From: Nitrospinota bacterium
Lineage (GTDB): Bacteria; UBA8248
Direction of reading: 5' to 3'
NCBI GenBank assembly: GCA_030754595.1
Contig: JASLZZ010000111.1
Location: 1 to 64,000, forward strand
DNA: 64,000 nucleotides
In this document: positions 40,558 to 49,390 of the stretch, piece after piece
Numbering within the stretch: the stretch's first letter is position 1
How the letters are laid out: every line of letters starts with the position of its first letter
Notes under the pieces: model-generated
The model's input: the letters and a program-made list of their open reading frames with translations, nothing else
What the model was told of the DNA's origin: nothing
The model's database searches: none
Program-made: the position numbers and the translations under genes

Positions 40558-40905
40558 TCAAGCTTCCTCGGCCCGGGATTCTGGTTTCTTGGACCGGGGC
40601 TGGAGATCCGGCTGGATGCCGGGCGCTTCCTCCAATAGCCTCAACCCGAAACCGGCGGCAAGCGCCTCGAGAAGGCCCTCCATCTCATCCCGGCCGTCCC
40701 CGGTGGAGGTGATCCGGGCCAGCGCGGTCGTCCACCCGTCCTCCCGCTGGCCGTAGCCGTGAACCATCGTCTGGTAGTAGCCCAGCCCGTCGTAGCCGTC
40801 CAGAATTCCCTGGATGAAATGCTGCTGGTCCGAGGGAACTTCCAACCAGTAGATCAGGCTCCCGGAATAAGTCTCCGGATTCGGCCTCCCGCCTCTGACG
40901 GTCAA
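40558..40905 (-). CDS. DUF4911-like small protein
   Basis: FIQGILDGYDGLG resembles the DUF4911 consensus; 4-nt overlap with upstream gene. Confidence 0.6.
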   Translation of the reverse strand: MTVRGGRPNPETYSGSLIYWLEVPSDQQHFIQGILDGYDGLGYYQTMVHGYGQREDGWTTALARITSTGDGRDEMEGLLEALAAGFGLRLLEEAPGIQPDLQPRSKKPESRAEEA

Positions 40906-41303
40906 CCGGCCGTCCGTATCCGGCTGGCCGCCCGGCGGACGATCTCGGGCATCTCGCGCACGAAAAGCGAGCGCGGCATCGCCTTGTCGAATCCCGCCGC
41001 CTCGGCGTTCTTGAGTAGCTCGGGTTGATCGTGCCTGCTGAAGGCGATGGCGTAAACGCCCTTGTTCCTCGGGCTGGCCCGGAGCTTCCGAATCAGCTCG
41101 CCCGCTTCATCGCCTCCCAGTTTTGGGTGATGGAGGTCCATGAGGAAAAGCACGGCGTTGAAATTATCGGCCGCCATATCGAATTTCTCGGCCGAGCCGA
41201 TGAACTCGAACACCGCCCCTGACGAGGCGCCCGCCTCGCGGATGCGAGCCGAGAACATTAAATCGGTGCATACGACGAAAATGCGCTGGGCTTCCTCTGC
41301 CAT
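40902..41303 (-). CDS. Atypical receiver (REC)-like protein
   Basis: TDLMFSARI, FLMDL, FSRH, AGFDKAMPRSLF. Confidence 0.7.
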   Translation of the reverse strand: MAEEAQRIFVVCTDLMFSARIREAGASSGAVFEFIGSAEKFDMAADNFNAVLFLMDLHHPKLGGDEAGELIRKLRASPRNKGVYAIAFSRHDQPELLKNAEAAGFDKAMPRSLFVREMPEIVRRAASRIRTAG

Positions 41304-41320
41304 ATTCTATCCTAAGTGCG

Positions 41321-42730
41321 CTAGGCGTCCTCTTTTTCGCCCAGCACATCGATCAGCGCGTAAATGCTTTCGAGAGTGTCCACCTTGTAGAGAAGAGCCT
41401 CGGCGCGGGCAATTTGGTCTTTCTCGTAAACGAGGCTGCAACACTCCGTGAATTTCTCGAAGAGCTCCTCGCGGTCCATCGGACGCTTGGGGGTCCCTCG
41501 CGAGGTGTCGGTGAACTTCTCGTGGACGGTGCCGTCCTCCATCTCGATGGTGAGCTTCGAGCGGATGAGGTCGTAGCCCATCGCCTCTATCTCGTCGTCC
41601 ACGTAGGGCTCGACCTTATCCAGAATCGCCTTCACCTCCTCGCTCGCCACCACATCGTCCCGGTACTGGGCGATGCCGCCATTTCCTCCGTTGAGGAGAA
41701 GTATTCCGAGGCTGTACTTCATCGAGAATTTCGCCTCGAGTTCGTTTTGCGGATCATCGTAGCGGAGCGGTTGGAGCACCCGGGTGGTCGTCCCAAGCCG
41801 CACTTTTTTCAACTGATCGGGTTTGATGTCGTGTTCGAGGATGAGGTCGCGCATCGCGTCCATCGAAGGATGCGAAAGCGACCCGCTCGGGTAAGGCTTG
41901 ATCGAAACGCCGGGGTCCACCGCCGCCCAAGGGTTGCCGAGCTTGCCGATCAGGTAGTCGGGGTCGCAACCGCCGCCCATGATCTGCATGAAGCCCCATT
42001 GGCCGTCGAAAATAGTGGGGTCCGATGTGAATCCGCCCGCCGCGAGCCTCGCAGCGACAACGCCGTTCTCGGCCGCCCGTCCGGCGTGAAAGGGTTTCGT
42101 CATCGTTCCGAAGTTGGCGCGAAGACCCGCGCTCTCCGAGCAGACAATCCCCAGGCAGAATCGGAGCTGGGCCTCGTCGAGGTCCATCAGACGGGCCGCC
42201 GCCGCCGCCGCGCCGATGGCGCCGACTGTGCCGGTCGTGTGGAATCCGTTGATGTAGTGATCGGGCTTGATGCACTCGGCGACCTTGCACTCAACCTCGA
42301 AGCCGATCATGAACGCGGCGAGCAGCTCCTCGCCCGTCGAGCCGAGCAGCTCGGCCACCGCCAGCGAGGCGGCGAGAACGGGTGTCGTCGGGTGAGTCAG
42401 CAGCCCGTAGATTCGATCCGGGTAGTTCGACAGTTGAGTATCGTCGTAGTCCATCGCGTGAGCCGCGATCCCGTTCGCCAGCGCGGCGGACTGGGCCGAT
42501 ACGGTCTGATTCGTTCCGACGATCCGCGCTTCGGGCTCCCCGCCGAATTCCTTGATATAGGCCTGGACGATCCGGCCGCTGTGGTCCGTCGATCCAGCCA
42601 CCATCAGGCCGGACCCGTCCACGAAGCAGCGGCGGGAGATGACTTTCACATCCTCGGGAATCGATTCGGTTTCGGTCCCGAGGATGAACTCGACTACGGC
42701 GTCTGTAACTGGGCTTTCCGCGTTAGACAT
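41321..42730 (-). CDS. MmgE/PrpD family protein
   Basis: AHAMDYDD, GFHTTGT, GTMTKPFHAG, EAKFS, RGTP. Confidence 0.92.
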   Translation of the reverse strand: MSNAESPVTDAVVEFILGTETESIPEDVKVISRRCFVDGSGLMVAGSTDHSGRIVQAYIKEFGGEPEARIVGTNQTVSAQSAALANGIAAHAMDYDDTQLSNYPDRIYGLLTHPTTPVLAASLAVAELLGSTGEELLAAFMIGFEVECKVAECIKPDHYINGFHTTGTVGAIGAAAAAARLMDLDEAQLRFCLGIVCSESAGLRANFGTMTKPFHAGRAAENGVVAARLAAGGFTSDPTIFDGQWGFMQIMGGGCDPDYLIGKLGNPWAAVDPGVSIKPYPSGSLSHPSMDAMRDLILEHDIKPDQLKKVRLGTTTRVLQPLRYDDPQNELEAKFSMKYSLGILLLNGGNGGIAQYRDDVVASEEVKAILDKVEPYVDDEIEAMGYDLIRSKLTIEMEDGTVHEKFTDTSRGTPKRPMDREELFEKFTECCSLVYEKDQIARAEALLYKVDTLESIYALIDVLGEKEDA

Positions 42731-42781
42731 GACGTTCCTTCCGCTAAAGATAGTGCGAATAAAAAACCCGCTCCGGATCTC

Positions 42782-42961
42782 TCATCGGCCGACGGGCTTC
42801 CTCAACGGCGGCTGCGGCCCGGCCACGCCCCTCGGCTGAGGACAGAAAAACTCCGTGAGCGCCGGAAAATTCCGGTGACTCGAACAAACACAGTTCAGGA
42901 CGCCCAGGACCAGAGCCGACACCGCCAGCGCCCCCATGAGCCACTTGATTCCTCGAATCAT
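42782..42961 (-). CDS. Small membrane/secreted hypothetical protein (59 aa)
   Basis: MIRGIKWLMGALAVSALVLGVLNCVC: basic N-terminus plus hydrophobic stretch; weak SD. Confidence 0.35.
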   Translation of the reverse strand: MIRGIKWLMGALAVSALVLGVLNCVCSSHRNFPALTEFFCPQPRGVAGPQPPLRKPVGR

Positions 42962-43328
42962 GCCTCGCCTTCGGGAACCGCCCACGCTCGACAAAAACGC
43001 GGCCAAAATACGACCAAAACGCGACCGGGGACCCCAAAAAAAATCGGGCCAATCCGCATGGAGGCCCGAAGCGCAGATGAGAGCGGGTGATATCGGCGGC
43101 GGTTATTATTGCCGCGACTTCCCTTCTCCCACCGTTAAAATATCAGAAAGCGCGGGCGGCGGCAAGAAAAATGGGCGCCAGGGCCGGTAGGTTTTCCGCC
43201 TTGCGGAAGCCAACTCGCCGTGGCAGTCTGGCGCAACCCATTCAGGCTGGATTGGAGCCGTATTTCAGCGTCTCTTTGCCAAAAAATGAGCCGTTCACCC
43301 GGCCGAAGTTTTCGAAAGGAAATCCGTC

Positions 43329-43856
43329 ATGACACTCGAAGTCGAATCCAAGGGCGTTGACTACTACAAGGCGGCGGACGGGCGCGTCATCGCCATTCAC
43401 GTAAAGGGGGATTTCTCGGACTACGCGAAATTCCCCCCCTACCTCGACACCGAGGAGGCCCAGGAGCATATCCGCACCGCCTACGCCGGGCAGGACATCG
43501 ACGAGGAGCGCAACACCAAGGCCCACATGACCGACGATGAGATACCCCTTCAGGTCATCGTCCTCAACCGGCCCAAGGGCGCCGTCACCAAGGCGCACTA
43601 TCACCTCGTCGAGGAGCGCCCGTCGGTCAACACCACGCGCCACCAGATACTCCTCTGCCAGCGCGGAAAAGTGCGCGTCGGCGTCTTCACCAAGGAGGGC
43701 GACTACCTGGGCGACGCCATCCTGAACCCGGGCGATCTGATCCTCATGTACGAGGGCCACGAGGTCGAGTTCCTCGAGGACGACACCAAGCTCATCGAGA
43801 TCAAGGAGGGGCCCTTCCCCGAGACGGACGACAAGGACAAGGTGGAACTGGCCTGA
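43329..43856 (+). CDS. Cupin-fold protein
   Basis: AHYH, ILNPGDLIL..EGHEVEFLED..LIEIKEGP; strong GC3 bias. Confidence 0.75.
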   Translation: MTLEVESKGVDYYKAADGRVIAIHVKGDFSDYAKFPPYLDTEEAQEHIRTAYAGQDIDEERNTKAHMTDDEIPLQVIVLNRPKGAVTKAHYHLVEERPSVNTTRHQILLCQRGKVRVGVFTKEGDYLGDAILNPGDLILMYEGHEVEFLEDDTKLIEIKEGPFPETDDKDKVELA

Positions 43857-43896
43857 CCGGCCCGAGTAAATTCTCGAACAAAGCGAGGCATCATCC

Positions 43897-44913
43897 ATGA
43901 AACTCATCACCTTCGAGGTCAAGACCCCAGTCGGCCCCTTTCGCCGCCTCGGCGCGGTTATCGAAAGCGGCGGCGCACTTGCCTACGCCGACCTGAATTT
44001 CGCCCTGGCGGCGAGCCTCGCCGGCGAGTGCGCCCCGCGTCCGCGGGAGATGGCCGACGCGATCATACCCTCCAAGATGCTCGCCTTCGCCGCCGCGGGG
44101 GCTTCCTCCATCGAGGCGGCCGCCGAGGCGATCGAATTTCTCCACGACAAGCCCGGGGCAGAGGGCCCGAGGGGCGAGCAGCTCCTCTACCGGCCCGACG
44201 AGGTCCGCCTCCTCGCGCCCATTCCGCTGCCCCCGATGATTCGCGGCTTCGCGGGCTTCGAGCGCCATCTCAAGACCACCTTCGCGAAAATGGGCCTCGA
44301 AATCCCCGACACCTGGTACGAGCGGCCGCTTTGTTTCAAATCGAGCTGCGCCCACATGGCCGCGGTGGGGGAGACGATTCCCTGGCCGAGCTACACCGAG
44401 AAAATGGATTTCGAGCTGGAGTTCTGCGCCGTCGTCGGCAAGCCGGGTCGCGACATTACGGAGGAAACGGCGGGCGAACACATCCTGGGCTACGCCATTC
44501 TCAACGACTGGAGCGCCCGCGACGCGCAGACCGGCGAGATGGCGATGGGAACGGGTCCCTATAAAGGGAAGGACTGGTGCTGGAGCCTCGGGCCCTGGAT
44601 CGTCACCCCGGACGAGCTGGGCAACCCCTCCGAGATACCCATGGCCGCGCGCGTGAACGGCGAGACCTGGATCGAGGCCACCCCGGGCGAGATGTACTGG
44701 ACCTTCGAGCAGATGCTCTCCTACACCTCGCGGGACGAGAACATGCTCACCGGCGACCTTTTGGGCTCGGGGACGGTGCCCGGCGGCTGCGGCATGGAGA
44801 TCGAGCGCTGGATTCAGCCCGGCGACCTCGTCGAGATCGACATGGGGCCCCTGGGCGTCTTAGCCAACAAGATCGGCGAGAAGGGCGAGCGGAGGCCGTT
44901 TACGTATAAATAG
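43897..44913 (+). CDS. Fumarylacetoacetate hydrolase family protein
   Basis: MDFELE, NDWSARD, KGKD, GPWIVTPDE, GSGT. Confidence 0.92.
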   Translation: MKLITFEVKTPVGPFRRLGAVIESGGALAYADLNFALAASLAGECAPRPREMADAIIPSKMLAFAAAGASSIEAAAEAIEFLHDKPGAEGPRGEQLLYRPDEVRLLAPIPLPPMIRGFAGFERHLKTTFAKMGLEIPDTWYERPLCFKSSCAHMAAVGETIPWPSYTEKMDFELEFCAVVGKPGRDITEETAGEHILGYAILNDWSARDAQTGEMAMGTGPYKGKDWCWSLGPWIVTPDELGNPSEIPMAARVNGETWIEATPGEMYWTFEQMLSYTSRDENMLTGDLLGSGTVPGGCGMEIERWIQPGDLVEIDMGPLGVLANKIGEKGERRPFTYK

Positions 44914-45000
44914 AGATACCGCCCGCCCCCGGAGGCCGTGTATACCGGGTTGGAAGCGCGCCGCGGCTCCTACGCCTGGGGCGCGGAAGAGGACCCGGAC

Positions 45001-45210
45001 ATGACGGAATTGGTTTTCATTGTCGAGGACGACCCCGAAGGAGGCTACAACGCCCGCGCGGCCGAGGCGGGGATATTTACCCAGGGCGACACCCTCGAAG
45101 CGCTTCGCGAAAACGCCCGCGACGCCGTCACCTGCCATTTAGAGAATCCCGAAGAGCGGCCCAAGCTCCTGCGGCTTCACTATGTCCGGGATGAAGTCAT
45201 CGCCGTTTGA
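45001..45210 (+). CDS. hicB: HicB-like antitoxin
   Basis: VEDDPEGGY..A...IFTQGDTLEALRENARDAV; overlaps hicA start. Confidence 0.8.
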   Translation: MTELVFIVEDDPEGGYNARAAEAGIFTQGDTLEALRENARDAVTCHLENPEERPKLLRLHYVRDEVIAV

Positions 45211-45447
45211 GACTTTCCCGGGACTTATCCGGTGAGGCGCTGGCGAAATCCCTATCCGCACTGGGCTACGAGTCCACCCGTCAGACGGGCAGCCATCTTC
45301 GCCTCACCACCCGGCGGGGGGCAAGCACCACATCACCATCCCCCGCACGACCCCCTTCGAATCGGCACCCTGAGCGCCATCATTCGCACCGTCGCCGCGC
45401 ACGAAAATGTCACATGGGAGGAAATGCTGGAAAAATTGTTCGGTTGA
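45207..45447 (+). pseudogene. hicA: HicA-family toxin, two homopolymer frameshifts
   Basis: LGY...RQTGSHLRL | KHHITIP | HDPLRIGTLSAI; -1 at G6 (45316-21) and -1 at C5 (45340-44). Confidence 0.82.
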
Positions 45448-45465
45448 ATTCAGCGGCCCCGCCGG

Positions 45466-45544
45466 GATCGACATGGGGCCGTTAGGGTTCTTAGCGAACA
45501 AAATCGGCGAGAAGGGGGAGCGGAAGCCATTTTCGTATAAGTAG
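45466..45544 (+). repeat. Diverged 79-bp duplicate of the FAH gene 3' end (44835-44913)
   Basis: 67/79 identical, no gaps; IDMGPLGFLANKIGEKGERKPFSYK* vs IDMGPLGVLANKIGEKGERRPFTYK*. Confidence 0.92.
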
Positions 45545-45554
45545 AAGACTCTTT

Positions 45555-46130
45555 TTACTTTAAAATTTTTCTTGGGAATGAGAGAACTGATTTAATAAAA
45601 CCTCCCCTTCCATTATTCTCTTTCGCGGATTTTCCAAATGAAACTTTGATATATTTCTGTTGTTCTTCCGTGGAACCGACCGAATTTCCGTTTTGTCTAA
45701 AGATGGCAAGGGCCCTGTTTATCTCTTTTAGGGAATTTTCCCAATCAGTTGGGCCGCCCAGCATTTTCTCAAGGCGAGTCACATCTGACAAAATTTCAAG
45801 ACTCTCATTGATGAGATTGTTTCGAGTCTCCGGATTAAACCCCTTCGATGCTTGAATAAGTTTCTTTTCAAGCCTTGCTACGCAAATCCCAAGTTTTTTC
45901 GTGTTGGTTACATCCCCATTAAGAGCGATTTCCCGCTTTACGGGTGAAAACACTTCCTGAATATATTTTTCACTTATTGTGGCCGTGAACTTAACCAGGC
46001 TGTAATAAATACCAGCGAGGTTGGTAAAAAAACGCGCCCTGAGTTCCTTTTGTGAAACCGTAGGCAAGGCAGAGGAAGACTGAACTTTTCGACCATTCGA
46101 CCTCCACGAAGCAAACCATTTCTTGGCCAC
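45555..46130 (-). CDS. Hypothetical helical protein in AT-rich island
   Basis: 191-aa ORF in low-GC DNA; a better SD/ATG at 46152 is out of frame by 1 nt. Confidence 0.55.
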   Translation of the reverse strand: MAKKWFASWRSNGRKVQSSSALPTVSQKELRARFFTNLAGIYYSLVKFTATISEKYIQEVFSPVKREIALNGDVTNTKKLGICVARLEKKLIQASKGFNPETRNNLINESLEILSDVTRLEKMLGGPTDWENSLKEINRALAIFRQNGNSVGSTEEQQKYIKVSFGKSAKENNGRGGFIKSVLSFPRKILK

Positions 46131-46218
46131 GACAATACCCCTAACTATTCATCTGGCCTACCTCCACCACGATCTGCAATCCGATTTTCTCGGACGGAGA
46201 AAGTAATTGTTATGAAAA

Positions 46219-46479
46219 TCACAATATCTCGCTCTCTTTTTCGTTTGGTTCCAATTCGGTGGCGCCCATATTAAAGGCCCGTTCTGTCGCACGAATCTCA
46301 TCGATTTTTTTAACAACATCAGAATCTTTGCGGCATTTTGCTATGAGACCGCGGACGGCACTCTCAATAAATTTAGATCTGGGAGGCGTTCCCGAAGGTA
46401 TAGCTGAACGGACAAGATCCATCTCGTTCAATAAATCTATCGACAAATAGACACCAACTCGACGGCCACTCTTAGCTAT
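46219..46479 (-). CDS. Ribbon-helix-helix (CopG-like) protein with ATA at the start position
   Basis: GAGGA-6nt-ATA GCT AAG; RVGVYLSIDLLNEMD...RSKFIESAVR RHH pattern. Confidence 0.65.
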   Translation of the reverse strand: MAKSGRRVGVYLSIDLLNEMDLVRSAIPSGTPPRSKFIESAVRGLIAKCRKDSDVVKKIDEIRATERAFNMGATELEPNEKESEIL

Positions 46480-46886
46480 GGTATTTCCTCACCGAATCAA
46501 TCGCTTAAATATATGCTAAGTTACCCTTTACGGCCAAATATTACCCTAAAAAGGATACGAAGGTCTACTTTTATACTGAGTTCAGCCAAACTATCCCAAG
46601 TTCGGTCAAACTATTTTGTGCTCGACTTTCGTTTACTTTATGCCTCTCCCGCTATCAAATCACTTTTCCCGATCCCACAGGATATGGGTAGGCCTCTTGG
46701 GTTTTTCTGTCTTTCATCAAGATATTGCGTTTGTGCGCTTACTGTTAAAGAAAGGCCGAATTGGGGCGATCCCACTTCTTTGGAAAAAGGCTGGGAAAAT
46801 TCAATAATTAAATTTCACTCGGCCAAAAAATCAGGGCTGTTTCAGGAAGGCATCTCAAAACCGCGAAGCGTGCAAGAAGAAAGAAC

Positions 46887-47717
46887 TCACACCCCATCAT
46901 AAATACTACTCACGACCAACCCCGTCCGCTCCCTGATCACGCGCTCGACTTCCTCGGCTTCTTCGACAGGAATCGTTCTGAGCTGGCTGAGTTTGGCGGG
47001 GGCGCTGGCGCGATCGTAGCGTCCTCTCGTCTCGACGAACCATTCGGCGGGGTAGACGCGCTTGGGGGTGTTGAGTTGTACTTCGTCGGGCCGGATTTTG
47101 TTCAGCAGGTCGCATAGCTCCCCGGTCATTTGTTGATTCAACGGCATGTACATCACCTGGCTGTCGAGGTGGCCGGTGAATTCGGAGCGGAACCTTATCG
47201 TGGCCTCGACGATGCCGGCGAGGGTGGCCCCGGGGGCGGGGCGGTTCACCCGCTGGAACATTTCCTCGTCCGGGGCGTCGAGCTTGACCGAGACGCGGTC
47301 GGCCCCGCGAAGGGCCTCCCTCACCTCGGGCAGGTGGAGCAGTGTGCCGTTCGTCAAAACATGAGTGGTGATGCCGGTGCGCTCGCCCACGGCGCGGACC
47401 GCTTCGCCGAGGTTGAGCGCCAGGGTGGGTTCTCCGCTTCCGCTGAAGGTGACGAGGTCGGCGCCCTGCCACTCGGCCCTCTCGAGGTCGGCCATGACAC
47501 GCGCGGTCTCGACGAAGAGGCGGCGCTCCAGGGTGACGACCTGGATGCTCCCGAGCTGGCAGTAAACGCAGTTGAACGAGCAGACGCTGGCCTGGAGGAT
47601 CAGGTCCACCCCGAGCGAGCTTCCGAATCGCCAGGAACTCACCGGCCCGTAGACGGCGGAGGGATGAAGCCCCCCCTCATCGCCCGGGCCGATGGTCTTG
47701 AGCTCTTCCTCTTTCAT
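46887..47717 (-). CDS. Radical SAM protein
   Basis: YGPVSSWRFGSSLGVD, CSFNCVYC, SGSGEPTL, LTNGTL. Confidence 0.9.
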   Translation of the reverse strand: MKEEELKTIGPGDEGGLHPSAVYGPVSSWRFGSSLGVDLILQASVCSFNCVYCQLGSIQVVTLERRLFVETARVMADLERAEWQGADLVTFSGSGEPTLALNLGEAVRAVGERTGITTHVLTNGTLLHLPEVREALRGADRVSVKLDAPDEEMFQRVNRPAPGATLAGIVEATIRFRSEFTGHLDSQVMYMPLNQQMTGELCDLLNKIRPDEVQLNTPKRVYPAEWFVETRGRYDRASAPAKLSQLRTIPVEEAEEVERVIRERTGLVVSSIYDGV

Positions 47718-47750
47718 CCGGAAATTTCCTCTGTGATAAATGACAGCCGA

Positions 47751-49169
47751 TTATTTACGCTCGGGCTCCGTCACTTTTTCGGCGGCGGCGGCCGAGCGCC
47801 GGGCCAGCCCGCCGCGGACCACCCAGACCCTGAACCAGACGAGCATCGCCGCCCCGCTGATGATCTGGCTGCCCGCGACGGCGAGCCAGACGCTCGCCGC
47901 GCCGACGCCCAGCGGCACCGCCATCACGAAGGCGGCGGGAATCTGGACCGCCCAGCGCACGATACCCTCGACGAGCATCGGCGGCTTCGTCTGTCCGCTG
48001 CCCTGAAACGCCCCGGCGAGGACGCGCCGCCCCGACTCGACCACCAGCCCCACGCTCAGGATGCGAAGCGCCATGGCGCCGATGCCGGCCGCCTCGCCCT
48101 TCATCCCGAAGATGACGACGATCTCGGGCGCAAGGACGAACATCCCGACCGAGACGGCGCCCATGACGGCCGTCAGCGTGATGAGGGCGATCTTCACGGT
48201 GCGGGCCGCCCGCTCGGGGAGCCCCGCGCCGACGTTCTGGCCCACGAGGGTGCGCACCGAGCCCTGGAGCCCGAAGCTCGGCATCCGCGCGATGAGGGTG
48301 ATGCGGTTTCCGACCGCCCAGGCCGCCAGCGCGAATGGCCCGAAGGGCGAGAGCATCCGGAGCAGGATGATGCTCGCACCGCGCTCGAGGAGGTTTTGCA
48401 CCGAAACCGGCCAGGCCAGGGCGAACACCCGCCCGATCACCGCGGGCCGGGGCCAGAGATCGCTCGGCCTGAGCTTGATGCGCGAGCGCCCCGTCGCCAC
48501 GATGTAGAGCATCACCATCCACCCGGTGAATCGCCCGGCGCCCATGCCGAGGAAACCGCCCGCGATCTCCAGGGCGGGAATCGGGCCCGCTCCGAATATC
48601 AGCAGGGGCACCGCCGTTATCGAAACGCAGACGCCGGCGATCATCGCGGTAAGCGTGTAGCCCGGCTCGCCCGCGCCGCGAAGGATGTTCGAGAAAACGA
48701 ACATGCCCTCCCAGGCGATGAACACCATGAAGCCCGCACGCATGTAGTCGGAGCCGAGCCGGATGAGTTCGGGATCGGAAGTCAGAAGGGAAATGATCTG
48801 GGGCGAATAAATCAATCCGATGATAGTGAACACCAGCGCGTAGGACAGGAGAAACAGGATCGTCTGGCCCGCGACGACAGAGGCGCCCGGGCCGTCGCCC
48901 GCGCCGATCCGCTGGGCGATGAGCGCCTGCCCCGATATGCGCACCCCGAAACCCACCGCCCGCAGGAAAAGTACGGTCGTGAACCCGAGCGAGGTCGCCG
49001 CCAGAAATTTCGGGCCCAGGACGCCGATCCAATAGATTTCGAGAACTCCGTCGATGTTCCGGATGATCTGCTCGACGCACATCGGGATCGAGAGGCGGGT
49101 GATCGCCCAGCCGATGGAGCCTTTGGTGTAATCGTAGCGGTTGCGGGTTTTATCCGTCCGGTTTTCCAA
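47751..49169 (-). CDS. MATE family efflux transporter
   Basis: YTKGSI..LSIPM, LRGAGE, LVGQNVGAG, GSGQTKPPM. Confidence 0.9.
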   Translation of the reverse strand: MENRTDKTRNRYDYTKGSIGWAITRLSIPMCVEQIIRNIDGVLEIYWIGVLGPKFLAATSLGFTTVLFLRAVGFGVRISGQALIAQRIGAGDGPGASVVAGQTILFLLSYALVFTIIGLIYSPQIISLLTSDPELIRLGSDYMRAGFMVFIAWEGMFVFSNILRGAGEPGYTLTAMIAGVCVSITAVPLLIFGAGPIPALEIAGGFLGMGAGRFTGWMVMLYIVATGRSRIKLRPSDLWPRPAVIGRVFALAWPVSVQNLLERGASIILLRMLSPFGPFALAAWAVGNRITLIARMPSFGLQGSVRTLVGQNVGAGLPERAARTVKIALITLTAVMGAVSVGMFVLAPEIVVIFGMKGEAAGIGAMALRILSVGLVVESGRRVLAGAFQGSGQTKPPMLVEGIVRWAVQIPAAFVMAVPLGVGAASVWLAVAGSQIISGAAMLVWFRVWVVRGGLARRSAAAAEKVTEPERK

Positions 49170-49390
49170 TCCGAGCTCTTTATGTTGGTAAATCCGGCGG
49201 AGGGGAGAGATTCATCTCCCGCCGGAGGGGATGATCGCCTCGATTTCGCCCGACCAGTATGTTCCTCCGCGCCTCTATTGGGCAACCGCGCGGGGCGGCC
49301 CTGGCGAAAAACGCTCCGCCGCGTTAGTTTCGGAACGGGCGCACTGAGAGCGCCCCCCGGCGGGAAGCCGGGGAGATTTCCGGAGGCCGC

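Noticed and set aside
44835..45544. FAH tail duplicate as a DGR template/variable repeat pair
   Set aside because: Mismatches are not adenine-specific and are mostly synonymous; no reverse transcriptase in the window.
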